DNA of 64,000 nucleotides. Source: Cirrosporium novae-zelandiae. Lineage: Eukaryota. Under the pieces are notes generated by a model that was given only the letters and a program-made list of their open reading frames with translations, was not told the DNA's origin and searched no databases. Both the position numbers and the translations under genes were made by a program. The stretch lies in the NCBI GenBank assembly GCA_026023565.1, contig JAPETS010000014.1, positions 558,001 through 622,000 on the forward strand, written 5' to 3'. Below are positions 51,992 to 64,000 of this stretch, one piece after another. How positions within the stretch are numbered: position 1 is the first letter of the stretch; every line of letters starts with the position of its first letter.

Positions 51992-53972
51992 TCAAGCGAA
52001 TCTAGGATCATATCCATGACCACCACCAAACCCTGGTGCTGGAGACTGTAGGGAACTATACAGTATGGGCGGAGACATCATAGGCAAGCAAGAAGTGGTG
52101 ACCTCAGGATGCGAAATACCCGGTTGTAAGGTAGGTATTTCGCTCATCCCAAATCCAATAATCTGCGCATGCGAAATCGACCCTGTTGTTGATGAGGCGG
52201 AATCGTCAATTACAGAACCGTCAATTACGGAACTAATTCCATCCTCATCTCCCAGCTCTTCCATTTTCACAGCAGCTGTTGAGGTCGGTAGCGGTAGCCC
52301 GACGGAAAGTGGTGTAGCTAGGTTTGGAAGTGTCTCCTTGATTTTTCTAGATAGGAGTGGTAAGAAGCGTGATTCGCCGCGACGGAGCGTACGGATTAGA
52401 CCCATAAGCTGTATGAGATACTCGCGTGGTCCCACTTCAAAGGTCTGCATGGTGGGCACAACAGCCATCACATCGGTGAGAGACCAGGTTACGTCAAAAA
52501 GCTTTTCAATCTAGAATACAGTTAGGAGTAATGAAGGGAAAGGTGAAATAAATGGGGGTTTGGCAGGGGGGAGAGTAGGAGTTTAAGTACCAAACCAATC
52601 CCATGAACCTCCATAGACTGCCTGGAAAGTGATCCCGACACGCTGGCTAGATCCCTTGCAACCTCGATTGGAAACTGAAAGGTCATGCTTGAATCCGCAC
52701 TCCCAGAGCTCAAGAGCCCATTGGCAATACTCAGCTGCCAGACCATCGTTCTAAGCCATTGCTGGGATGTTCGCAGATCGGCTGCCTGGCTTTCAGTGCA
52801 ATCGAGATTGGGAGGAAGGGCTTCATTGATTTGTCGATGGAGCCGCGCAAGCCAATGCGTAGAACAATCATTGCGGGACTTATTCCATAGCCCGACAAAA
52901 ATATCGTCAAAGGGGTGAAAGAGGCGGACAAGATGTAGAAATCCACTTATAGTGGTGCTTTCGGTGGGGTCTTCTTCTAGAGTAGGGAGATCAATTGTTG
53001 CGTGAAGCGTTAATGGGCGATGGCGCTGAAGGGCGTAAGCTCTATTCCATGCAATCAGCTACTGGTAGGCAATAATTTCCCAAAGCTCTTTCATACCTTT
53101 CCGTCACAAATAGTAGCCAAAACAGTCTTCTTCGTCTCGAGGAATGGATTGGGTCGCTATTATCATAAGTGGCTTCATCCTGCATACCCAGTACTTGAGC
53201 AAAAGTAGTAGCTTCACGCAGATAGAACCATGCGGTATTGTTCTTGTCAAGACCAAAAAAGCACCCAAAGAGAAAAAACGAAGTTGTAACCGTAAGAACA
53301 GTAGGCTGCTCAATGTAGTCATATCCTTTGCGAACATGAAGTGTCTCGTCCAGTAGTGCGGTCCCAGATGTAGAGTGAAATAATATGCCAGATTCTAGAT
53401 CTTCATCCGCATCACTCTTCACCAGCTTCACTCTAGGTTGAATCATCATAAAGGCGCATAGAGATGTGAGCAAACAATAAGCCTCATCATCGTCGTCCAG
53501 TCGTTGGATCAAGGCTTGCAGGCTACCGCGATGAAGAATTGGCATGGTAGGATACATGTTCGTAAAGAAAAAGTCGATACATTCTGTCAGCAGGTCAGTC
53601 GTCAAAAGACCTTGTGTGCGCCGTGAGGGTGTCGGAGACGTTGGCACAGCATGGCGAAGCTGTGGTCGAAAATTCATGGGCGGGATGTCAGGAGGCTGCT
53701 GTGTTCTTCTCAATTCGGAGATAACTTTTGCCCTGCTACCTTTGGGACCTTTTTTCTGAGGTATGGCATTGTAGGTGCAGGCGAGAGAAGCGTGACTGCA
53801 GTTCCAACACGGTTGATTGCCGCTGCAGCTGTGGTGCCGTCAACCCCAATTCTCAAGTCAGGACACTATTCTTTTCAAATCCAAATCCTGCCATTTTGAG
53901 CTCTTACCGGATCTTCCGACGATGACATGGGTCGCAAGCTCTTTTGACAATTTCCCTCTTGACCGTGGCCAT
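51992..53972 (-). CDS. col-26: Zn(II)2Cys6 transcription factor of the COL-26/BglR/AmyR family (588 aa); exons 53972-53908, 53828-53097, 53041-52591, 52510-51992
   Basis: KRACDPCHRRKIR-CSGNQPCWNCSHASLACTYNAIPQKKGPKGSRAKVISELR; middle homology region MYPTMPILH, AWFYLREA, RRLFWLLFVTER-AYALQRH, WLRTMVWQL, SMEVHGIGL-IEKLFD. Orthology within the family is from recall. Confidence 0.88.
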
Positions 53973-55768
53973 TCTTTTGCTCTTTCTTTTATTTTTTATT
54001 TTTTTTTTTCGCGGTGGTTAGGGGAACGGCATGGCGGATATAATAATAACGGCAGACATCATAATAGAAGGTGTAGTATAGCCTTGGGTAATCAGGTAAT
54101 CATGGTAAGAAGTAGGACATCAAAAGAGACATGGTTATTTTATGCTTGATGGATCCTTCGGATCTGCACATAGTTTGCACATGGTGAAAAATACTTAGTT
54201 AACTAAAAGGTAACTACTATGGACACCACGGACACCTTGTACACAATCGAAATAGAATAATTAATTAGCTCGATAGATGATGATGATGATGGATGGGGAT
54301 AGGATGGGATGGGATGAGATGGTATGCAGAATGGGGGGATGTAAAGAACCAATTGCCGCATTAGGTTTCGGCATCTGTCACTCTTGAGGAGAAGGCGTGG
54401 AAGGTAAGGTAAGGCGCCATTGTTGGGGGTGTATAGTAGGGGAGGGGGGGGACTTTGGGGGGAGGGATATGGGAGGGGGAGAAGGGGGGGGGCGAAGGGG
54501 GGGGCACGGATGTTTCTTGGGGGGAAGGGGGGGGTGTGAGGGGTCTTTGATGGCTGGTTGTTGATTGGGGTTGATGGTTGAAGGTGGTAGTGGTTGGTGG
54601 TTGGTGGTTGGTGGTTGGTGGTAGTGGCTCTGGTGGCTCTGTCTGGTGGCTCTACTACTTTTTTTTTTCATTTTATTCCTAATTACTGTCTGCCTTACTA
54701 TGAATATCGGAGTACCTACCTAGGTAATTATCTACATATCTACGTATCTATCTATCCATCTATCCATCTATCTGGCTATCTATCTACTAAACTAATTACT
54801 GTGTAAATCCCATCGGTCATTATCTCTTGATCTTAATTGATGACTCTATTAACCTGCTTATTCTAACTAACTCATCTTGTATGTTTTTGTTATTATGGTT
54901 GCGTCTCTTCACCCCCCCCCCCCCGGACACGTCCAACTGAAAGCGGGGCGGATCAACCACCAGACCAGACCGCCATGGGTCTACCCATCACGCCCATCAC
55001 TGCCATCCTGCACCTCAAATCCAAGCTACTCGAAGTACTCGACCGACTTAAGGCCAATTTTCCAAACAACCCCCGACCTTGAAAATACCTCCACTAGCAC
55101 AGAATAACCTCAAAGCTTCAAAAAATCAAATCCCCTGGTTTGTCTTTCTTTTCTGACTTTTATCTCCTCTTCTTGTTAATAACTACGAAAGTAATATATT
55201 AATTAGTTTAATTATTTTTATTTTGTCCTGCTTTTCAGTTCCTTTTGTCCCAAGCTAACCCGAAATATCCCTTCGTCAGTTGTCATCTGAGTCCATTGGC
55301 TTTCAAAAAATAATAATTATGGTCACCCTACTAGCTAATAATGTCCAAAGTTTACGTGGTCAAGTTGCATTTCCAATACCCCCTATCCCCTAGCATTTGC
55401 TGCATTTGTTGTATTTGCTGTATTTTCAGTAATCGGCTTTGGTCCAGTAGCCCCTGTGCCCCCTCAACTACTGCAATTTGCTACTTCAAACCAACCTCAG
55501 CGTTAGATCTCTCTGCGGCACTGCCCGAACCGCCCATATCTTCCTTCAGCCCAGAGCGGAGCCCATGTCTAATTCTCCACCGTTCGAGCTTTTCGGCGAA
55601 CCATCTGGAGGAATTGGAGGAATTTGAGGGAGAGGAAAGGCCACGTTTCCGCGCATACTCAAAACCCAACCACCCTAACTAAAGTACTATTACTTGCTGC
55701 GTCAAACTATTTACCATCCACTAATGTTTTGAATTTGTCAATCTCATTGTCGTTATTGAACATTGAGG

Positions 55769-57566
55769 TCACGCGATTCCGCCTAATCGCCCTGACGTGT
55801 ACGCGCTCCTACGCTTATTGAAAAACCTCGCCAAACTTGTCCAGACTGATGCTAGCAAGAGAATCCCGTTGAAAATCGCAAGTATGAAAAACGGTGACCC
55901 AGGTGATAGTTTATCAAAAAGCAAGCCCCCTAGCTTGGTGAGAAGTAGAATACCAGCACCACCACAGAGTGAGTAAACGCCTGCTATAGACCCCTTGAGA
56001 TGGTGATGAGATGAGCGAGTTTGAACCGCCTTAGAATGACCTAGCAATGAAGCATCCTCGTCGCTCTCTTCGCCCAAGTCGCCATCAGTCTCAGGGAATC
56101 CGTCGGTTTCTGTTTCCATCACATCAACATCGATTTCCTTTTCCATACTTCCCTGCACGCCCTGACTTAAAAGACTCAAACTGCATACTATAGCCCCAAT
56201 TTGACTTGCCCCCATCATGGCTACGAACAAGAACACGGCTGGACTCCCATGTTCACCTGTCGGTTCCGGGCTAGGTAGAAGTCCAAATGCCACATATCCC
56301 ATTATACCAACTGACGCGGCGAAGACAAGAGGGAAGTTGTGACGTGAATAACGGTCGAAACAATACCCAAAAATAGGAGCACATATTAATGCAACTAATT
56401 GCGAGACACCTGTTAATTCTGCGGCGAGCACATAGGCTCGTCTGCAGTTCTGTTTGATGTCTCCAGGGCTGCCTGATGTACCGTCGCTGCATAGACCAGA
56501 TGATATAAAATACGAATTAACATATAGAGGGATAAATAGTGAAATTCCCACTGATGATGCACGGGCGATGAAACCTCCCAGATAACCAAGGCCAATCGAA
56601 CAGTGTGTAATGCCGAGATAAAGAGATGAGCGTAAAAGTTTCCACCAAGACAGCTCTTCAGAGTCTGTCAGCGTACTAGAACGCTCAGTACGTCGCGAGA
56701 ATATAGTTCCAAAACGACTAGTCTTCTTATTCTCAAGATTGCGGAACCCAAACAAACAAAGCACAGACACTACCAAAGCAATACTACCAACGATATAGTA
56801 GCTATCCACAACTGACTGTGCGAGTGGAACTCCGATGGACTGAAAGCGGGCTGGCAAGGGGAGAAAAGCGCTTAATGCGAGCAATGCGCCGCACCCTGAA
56901 CATAAGCCGACGAAACCTGAGGTTCGCCCGGATGCTGTAGGCGTCTTTCCATTTATTTTCTGGGGTTCCGATTGGGAATTTCGGTGTGAGCGGAATCGGG
57001 TTTGTGTAATTGTAAGCTCGGATGAGAGTGACGCAGTGGCCGCGCTTACAACTTGGGCATCATTAGCTGCGTCAGTTTCGTTGGTGAATGTATCCGAATG
57101 ATCTTCATCCTTCTCTTTAGAAGCTATCATTGATGGAAGTATCGCTGTCACCATTGTAGCAGTTGCGCATCCCCCCAGACTGAAAAACAGCCTTGCAAGC
57201 AGTAACTGAGGATATACATTGCGTGCTTGTACAAATAGAAAAAGTGATAGTCCAACGATTCCATAACCAAGAACACACACCTGTCGCGCATGTCAGCGCA
57301 AAACACAAATAATACGAATTAGATAAATATACAGTTCTAACGCCGATTTTGTCAGATAAGATACCCCACACGGGGCAGGCTACCAGAGCGACTAATTCAT
57401 CTGCAAAACCTAGAGTACCAACAGCATCACCAACATCCTTACGTTTCCCGATTAAATCAGTGATGACGAATGACACAGACGAATTGACGAAAACGAGGAA
57501 GGATATCGAGAAGAGGCAAACACCAAATAGATAAGTAAATACTTGCAAGCGAGAGGCGGTAAACAT
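55769..57566 (-). CDS. Major facilitator superfamily transporter, substrate unknown (581 aa); exons 57566-57333, 57280-55769
   Basis: About 12 hydrophobic segments; motif-A-like WGILSDKIGVR and FGYCFDRYSR; LLLARLFFSLG. Confidence 0.9.
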
Positions 57567-57984
57567 GATGGCAAGTAAAGTAGAATCTATCAGTAATGAA
57601 CTGGAACTATTTCATGGTAAGAGGAATGAATAGATATATCTGTAAAGTTGACAGTTACTTGAGTAGAGTTGAGCAGGTAATGATTGGTAAAGCATTCTTT
57701 AGAGGGGAAGGTAGCACATGCTGACGTACAGGTCAGTCTGGCGTAAGAATTTAAGCTATCGGACGGGGCAACCTCAGTCCGATGTTCCGGGATCTTGGAG
57801 AAAGACACCTTTATCACTATTCAGGGCCGTAGGTGAATAAACCCCATCGAAGGAACGACCGTCTTCCATGGAATGGGTAGCAAGAGGCCGCCACCAGAGA
57901 GCGAGCTTTCGATCTATTCTTATTGTCATGGCTAATATTTGAAAATATTTTTGACGTACAGAAATCCCAAACCTAGTATCCAAG

Positions 57985-60654
57985 ATGAGATTCTTAGCTT
58001 ATGCAGGAACCTCTGTGGCTCTGGCATCAGTGGTGATCCTACGTGCTCTGCATGAACGAGCCAACTTCTACTCTGCCACTGTCTACCTATCCCAGAGCAG
58101 TGCTTGTGTCATGGTAAGTTGTAATAGAACGGGCTGCTTTCTCAGCTCTGATGTTAATCACATTCCCAGATCCTTACCAATCTGGTCCTACTCGGAGTAT
58201 TTGCCTTGATGGTCGGTTTACAACGACTATTATTCGGTCGTCTTCGTCCATTGGAAGTTGAGACATTATATGAGAAAGCATGGTATGCTATCACAGAGAC
58301 CTGCCTTGCAATGACAATATTTCGCGATGAAATCGGAGGATGGTTCGTCGTGATGTTTGTCAGTCTGTTAATAGGGAAAGCATGGTGTTGGCTCGGAGAA
58401 GGACGGGTAGATGCTCTCGAACGGCAGCCCCCTGATGATCCACGGCTCTTCCATACTCGCTTGATAACATCGCTTTTAATTTCCCTGGTATACGATGGCT
58501 GGCTGTGGAAATATTGCCTACGGACTGTTCTCCGTCAAGCTCGTCCCGATATGATGGTGATGTTTGGCTTCGAGTTTGCAGTCTTGCTCGTTGGTGCATT
58601 TTCTACGGCTTGCCGATATACCATTACAGCAGTTGAACTCTACGTGATAAAGAAACAGACGAGAGCTAGGATAGAAGAGCGCAGGAACGAGCTGAGACTT
58701 GCTCGTGAGACAGCTTTACGCGAAGCTTCACAAAACGGAAATGACCCAGAAGCTGCAGTTGCAAATATTCCTGGGGAAGAGTCTGCCGAGGACATGGATG
58801 TTGATGTCCCAGGCTGGGAGGAAAAGGGAAGATGGGTGTTTTACCTTGACCTGAGTACAGGTAGGTCGAGATTTTTCTGCTCTGGAACATACAAGGGCAT
58901 ATTGTGTTAAAGCTACAGATTTCCCGAAACATAGATGCTGACTGGTTTTATTAGATTTCTGCAAACTTGTGATTTACGTTTCTTTTTTCATGATGATGCT
59001 TACTTTCTACAACTTCCCGATTCATATTATGCGCGACGTCTACTTGACGGCTCGTTCCTTCTTTACAAGATTGGCTTCGTTCTTGCGCTACCGGAATGCT
59101 ACAAGAGATATGAACGAGCGATATCCAGATGCCACTACGGAAGATATAAGGCCAGACGATGTATGTATTGTATGTCGTGAAGAAATGAGACCCTGGCAGG
59201 AACAAATTCAACCCCGTGAGGATGGACAGGAGCAAGGAAGGAGAGGACCCCCAGATGAACGTTTGCGTCCAAAGAAGCTTCCTTGCGGACATGTACTTCA
59301 TTTTGCCTGTCTCCGAAGCTGGCTGGAACGCCAGCAAAACTGCCCAACTTGCCGACGCCCTGTCTGGGTGCCTCGGAGACGGATTGGAGTGGCTCAAAGG
59401 GGCATCCCACCTGCCAATGGGCAAGCTTTCTTAGATCCTAGACAACCACCTGCGCAAATACCACCCCAGCAAGCGGTTCCTGGTAACCCCCTACCAGGAG
59501 GTGGACAAAATGGACCTCGGATATTTAATTTTGGTCCACTTCGTCTTGGGTTCGGCGTTGGACAGGCAAATATGAACATGTTTCAAGATGGAAACCTAGG
59601 ACTAAATAACCCACAAGCTCAAGCTGCCCAACAACCGCCAAACGTTCGGCATTTCGGATTTGGGATCGGAATCGGTCGCCCGCCAGTGCCTTTGAACCCC
59701 GCTATTCCTAATGGCAACCAACCTTCGATAGACGAGCAACTGCATCAATTGGAACAACGGCTAATGCAAGAAATTAACGGTTTGCGAGCTACGGCAGACC
59801 AGCTTCAAATCGTCCGAATGTTGCAAGGGGAACTTTCTAGAATTCGCATCGCTCAAGCCAACCCCAGCCTGCCAGTTGGTAGCAACGCGGGGGGTGTCAA
59901 CTTTCAACCAATCCAGCCAATGGGAGCTGGACAAGCTTTTATTACTGCCCCTCAAGCTGTACCTATGGGTACTGGTCATCCGGCCCTTCCCCAAGGAATG
60001 GTTTTGCCTCCTGGATGGAGCGTGCTGCCATTACAACGTCAGCCGCCTCCTGTTACCAGTCAATTGGCCAATTCTTCTAGGCTGCCATCTGCCAATATTT
60101 CACAGGAAGGCACCAACTCGGAACGCCCGAATGTACAATCTGACTCCTCGAGCACACAACCCACTCCACAAACTACGATGTTTAGTGTAAACTCTGGTCA
60201 ATCTCCAGACCCTAATCTACTTGGGCAAGCAAGACCGTCTGCTCATGTGACCAGTGGTGTGGAATCGAATACCGAATCGGACCCCACAGCTACCACCGTA
60301 ACGCCTCATGAACAGCAATCCTCGGGTTCAACTGAGCGGAATGATACCGTCAATGAAAATCGGCATACAACGGAAACTGCACTCGAAGCCGCACCAACAA
60401 AACGGCCTCGCCTCGCAACTGCTGAGAGCTCTACAGAGACCAAAACAATGTCAACCCCATCTTGGAGTTTCGGGGATGTGGTTGATGAACCTGCAGAGGA
60501 TAGCAAAGGGGTAGTACATGGCTCAGGGGAGAGTTCGTCAAGCGAGGAAAATATGGCCCCTGAGCCAAGTGGCGATAATGGAGATATTACACACAAGGCT
60601 GATAAAGGAAAGGGCCGAGCAGTGACAGTAGAGGACTTAAGTGAAGATGAATAA
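57985..60654 (+). CDS. HRD1: ERAD E3 ubiquitin ligase Hrd1/synoviolin (839 aa); exons 57985-58113, 58170-58860, 58955-60654
   Basis: N-terminal TM domain RANFYSATVYLSQS, LFGRLRPLEVETLYEKAWYAITETCLAMTIFR, WEEKGRWVFYLDL; RING-H2 CIVCREEM...KLPCGHVLHFACLRSWLERQQNCPTCR. Confidence 0.96.
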
Positions 60655-61739
60655 TAAAGGACCTTCTATTTCCAAAGGAGTTGGGTTATTAATTTTGATA
60701 CCAGACAGGACAAGTCAAGAACAAGAAATCAGCGGCATCAATGGAGTTAGGTCTAAGAAGGAAAAATTGGGGGGTGGGGGGGGCTTTCTGGGCAGCGTAC
60801 CAAATCGTGGTCCGAGATTGTTGGCTAAACTAGAGATTTAGGTTTGCTGCAATGATTGCTCTTTGAAAAGTTGGAATTCGATAAAATAATGTTTACGACG
60901 TTAAACTTACTCAGATATTTCTATGGGGATTCTCAGGGACGTGAAGGTGGCATACTAGTAAGGGACGTGGAAAGTAGGACCGAACAGATGGACCAAGAAC
61001 AAAGTTGGATCAAAGCAGAGGGACAACCCCACACGCGAACTACAACTACTAAGTACTTAGTATAAAGTTTGTAGAGATTAGGTGGTCCGAAAGGGATCTC
61101 GGACAAGGAAATGTAAGCCTCGGCTTGAACGTCATTGATGGCTGTTGTTATGCTTTGATTGATACTTGATGCTGGCCAGGCCACAGGTCATCATCTGCTG
61201 GGACTGTCGACAGGTATTGATGGATTTCATCCCCAAGGGAAAGTGCAATGGTTCTTTTCACCTCCTGTCATCAAATATAAATTATTAGGGTGATCATGGA
61301 GGGTTTTGTCAAGTCTGTACTCTTCGTAATCTTTGTTGATCGTTCTTGGATAATTAATAGGACACATTAAGATTTCTCCACAAATTCCCCATTCAGCAGA
61401 CTTTCTCCAAAGAAGCTCTTGACATGTCAAGCCGAAGAAACCAAGACTACTGCAAAATGTCAGTTCAATGCCCATCAGGATGATCGTCATATCAATCTTC
61501 ATGCCTTGAGATCGAAGGTTTCTCTCCTTTTTCCTCGGCCGTGGGAGAATAAATTTATCCTGTTCCCTTCCTTGTCATATAACTTCACCATGCCTTACAA
61601 GTACTCCTTAGTTAGTATTAGATATTGTGTGTAACTTTGTTATCTAATTTTTTAATACTTCTCTTTACCCTTCAATCTCCGCCTTGTTATCTCATCAATA
61701 CATTATCAACCATCTTTGCGACCAATCTTATATGCCAGG

Positions 61740-64000
61740 ATGTCTACTTCTTACACGGAATATCTGAGGCAGTACCCATCATCCCAACTCCACCCCCAAT
61801 CCCATGGGACTGGAAGGCCTCTGACACCCCAGCTTCTGGATGATAAAAGCCAAGCGCCGCCGACAAATCTTCCTAGAACCCCAGCTGAAACGGATTCTGT
61901 CAATATAAGAGATTTTCGCCAACTTTCGCAGTCTCCACTTGCAGATGGGAATTCGTGTCCTAGTCCTCCTATGTCAAATGCTTCTATTCCAATCAAGTCT
62001 GAGAAATATTCTTTCGCCACCCATAATGTGGAGCACTCACTGCCTTCCCCAACTCCGTCTAGGCCTATTAGGTATTTAATGCCCTTATATCCGACAAAAC
62101 ACGCAATAATAAATGAACTAATAATGGCTTGTTGCTGAATAGTACACAGCAGAACGATCCAAGCCACCCGCAATATCAGGATATTACACCCTCGATAAGC
62201 AGCGTCCCCCCTGCCTCCGTTTATTCTTTGGCGGCAGAAACATACGACACAGGAACAACCTCAATTGTTCTCCCCCCTCTTCAGGATAAAGGAGCTTCAG
62301 AAGAGTTTGAGAATCTCGAACAAATTGACGACGACGATCCACGTTCATTTGATCTAATTCCACCAGGAGAGGCGGGGCGACAAACATATTCACTAGAAAC
62401 AAGATCCCAGCAGCTCTTTTCTCGTGAACATCTGAAAGTTATCTTCTCAGATCCTTCTCTCCTTTTACGTTTTACATCGTTTCTCGGCACATATCGACAG
62501 CAATCAATTCCGATATTGATATACTATCTAGATGCACTAAAAGCTATCAAGGCAATAAATTATGCAAACGCAATTGCTGAAGCATTGGAACCAATTGATG
62601 GTTATGAATTCACTTTTCGAACAGCAAAAACAACTAGTAACACGTCACTTGAAGAGAAGGCCAACCAAGCTTTCAAAATTTTAGTTGAACAGGACCTACC
62701 GGCTTATATCACTCACGTTTACATTCAGATAGTTAGCTTGAGCATCACTAGGAGGATAACTGGCACCCTTACTCGTAATCTGAGAGAAGCTTCTGAGGGA
62801 CTAGCGGAGGTCTTCTGCCTTACCGACCCTTCGAGACCTGATAACCCCATTGTGTTTGCTTCTGAAGGTATAAACCTGTTCCTTCACACCAGAGTTGATA
62901 GTTGCTCATCTGTGTTATAGAATTCTATCGAACAACACAGTATGGTATAAGCTATGCATTAGGACGGAATTGTCGCTTTCTGCAAGGTCCACAAACGAAT
63001 CGATTAGCGGTCAAAAGAATCAGTGATGCAATCAAGCAAGGACGAAGCCATTGCGAGACATTCCTGAATTAGTGAGTACCATCAATGCGAAGATTATATG
63101 CATGAAATTAACCGGTATTTCTTTTAAGTCGGCGAGATGGTTCTCCTTTCATGAACCTCCTTATGGTAGCACCACTCTCCGACAGTCGTGGCAAGATTAG
63201 GTATTTCATTGGGGCCCAAGTCGACGTAAGTGGTATAGTCAAGGACTGCACCGAACTTGAATCATTACAGAAGCTTGTTGTGGAACAAAGAAAGAAGCGG
63301 ATGAGCCAGCCTCTTATCGTAGAGCCAGAAGAAGAGAAGGATGAATTTCAAGAATTGAGTGAGATGATGAACATGACAGAGTTAGAAACTGTACAGAAAC
63401 ATGGAGGTCGAATGCATCGAGAGCAACTGGATGATGAAGATGGCCAGGTGATACACAGTGTGAAGAAGTCAAGAGTGTTGGTCAAAGAACGTGATCCTTT
63501 TCCCAGTGGACTTTATGACCTCAGCAACAAATCAAATGGATTATTATCTGGTGTATATGAGAATGTAAGGGTTCAAAATCTCTGTGATTCAAGGTATACC
63601 TGCAATGCTAATCTTTTCTGAAGTACCTACTGGTTCGCCCGTACCCATCATTACGTATCCTGTTTGCATCCCCATCTCTTCGGGTTCCAGGAATTCTCCA
63701 GTCCCCTCTCATGAAGAAAATTGGAGGATCTCCCCAAATTCAAGAAGAATTGGCTACTGCTTTAAGCGAGGGAAGAGGGGTCACAGCCAAGGTTCGGTGG
63801 ATATCAAGGTACGATGAAGTAGGCTACAATCGTTGGATCCACTGCACTCCTTTGGTAGGTAGCAATGGTCAAATTGGTGTTTGGATGATTGTTGTGGTAG
63901 ATGACGAGAGAAGAGTCAGAATAAGGCAAGCACCTCCTGTTAAAAACTCGACGGGTGTGATTCGAGGAGATACTCTTGTGGATGAATATACCTACATTCG
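61740..64000 (+). CDS. Fungal RGS-LOV-(PAS-like DUF) blue-light photoreceptor, 3' end outside the window; exons 61740-62071, 62143-62867, 62921-63071, 63129-63564, 63624->64000
   Basis: LOV domain VFCLTDPSRPDNPIVFASE-EFYRTTQY...GRNCRFLQG...FLNY-RRDGSPFMNLL...YFIGAQVDV with the photoactive Cys; upstream helical RGS-like region; downstream YLLVRPYPSLRILFASP...RWIHCTPLVGSNGQIGVWMIV. Confidence 0.92.

Overview
Eukaryotic DNA from a filamentous ascomycete (Pezizomycotina-type GT..CTRAY..AG introns, fungal orthologues). Bases 1 to ~14 kb are gene-poor. They hold a diverged local duplication, one orphan 245-codon ORF, scrambled and stop-riddled Ty3/Gypsy (chromovirus-like) relics, and microsatellite tracts. 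From ~14 to 64 kb is a gene-dense core block with 16 gene models I reconstructed by hand: PRP16, prefoldin 2, HapC, ARO8-type aminotransferase, OST2/DAD1, TMEM14, a two-RRM protein, a small CxxC-CxxC protein, 6-phosphogluconolactonase, two uncharacterised coiled-coil proteins, a DCAF8-like WD40 protein, a COL-26/AmyR-family Zn2Cys6 factor, an MFS transporter, HRD1, and an RGS-LOV photoreceptor cut by the window end. No rRNA, tRNA or CRISPR array is supported. The most interesting signals are in splicing: 8 of 31 coding introns end in AAG/GAG, the hapC intron 1 is stop-free in frame, and the CaaX box of the DCAF8-like protein depends on a 9-nt last exon. Other signals are a candidate fungal HAUS8, strand-symmetric C-to-G skew flips, and an 11-bp-periodic CCGG array before ARO8. 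All family calls come from motif recognition; no database search was run.
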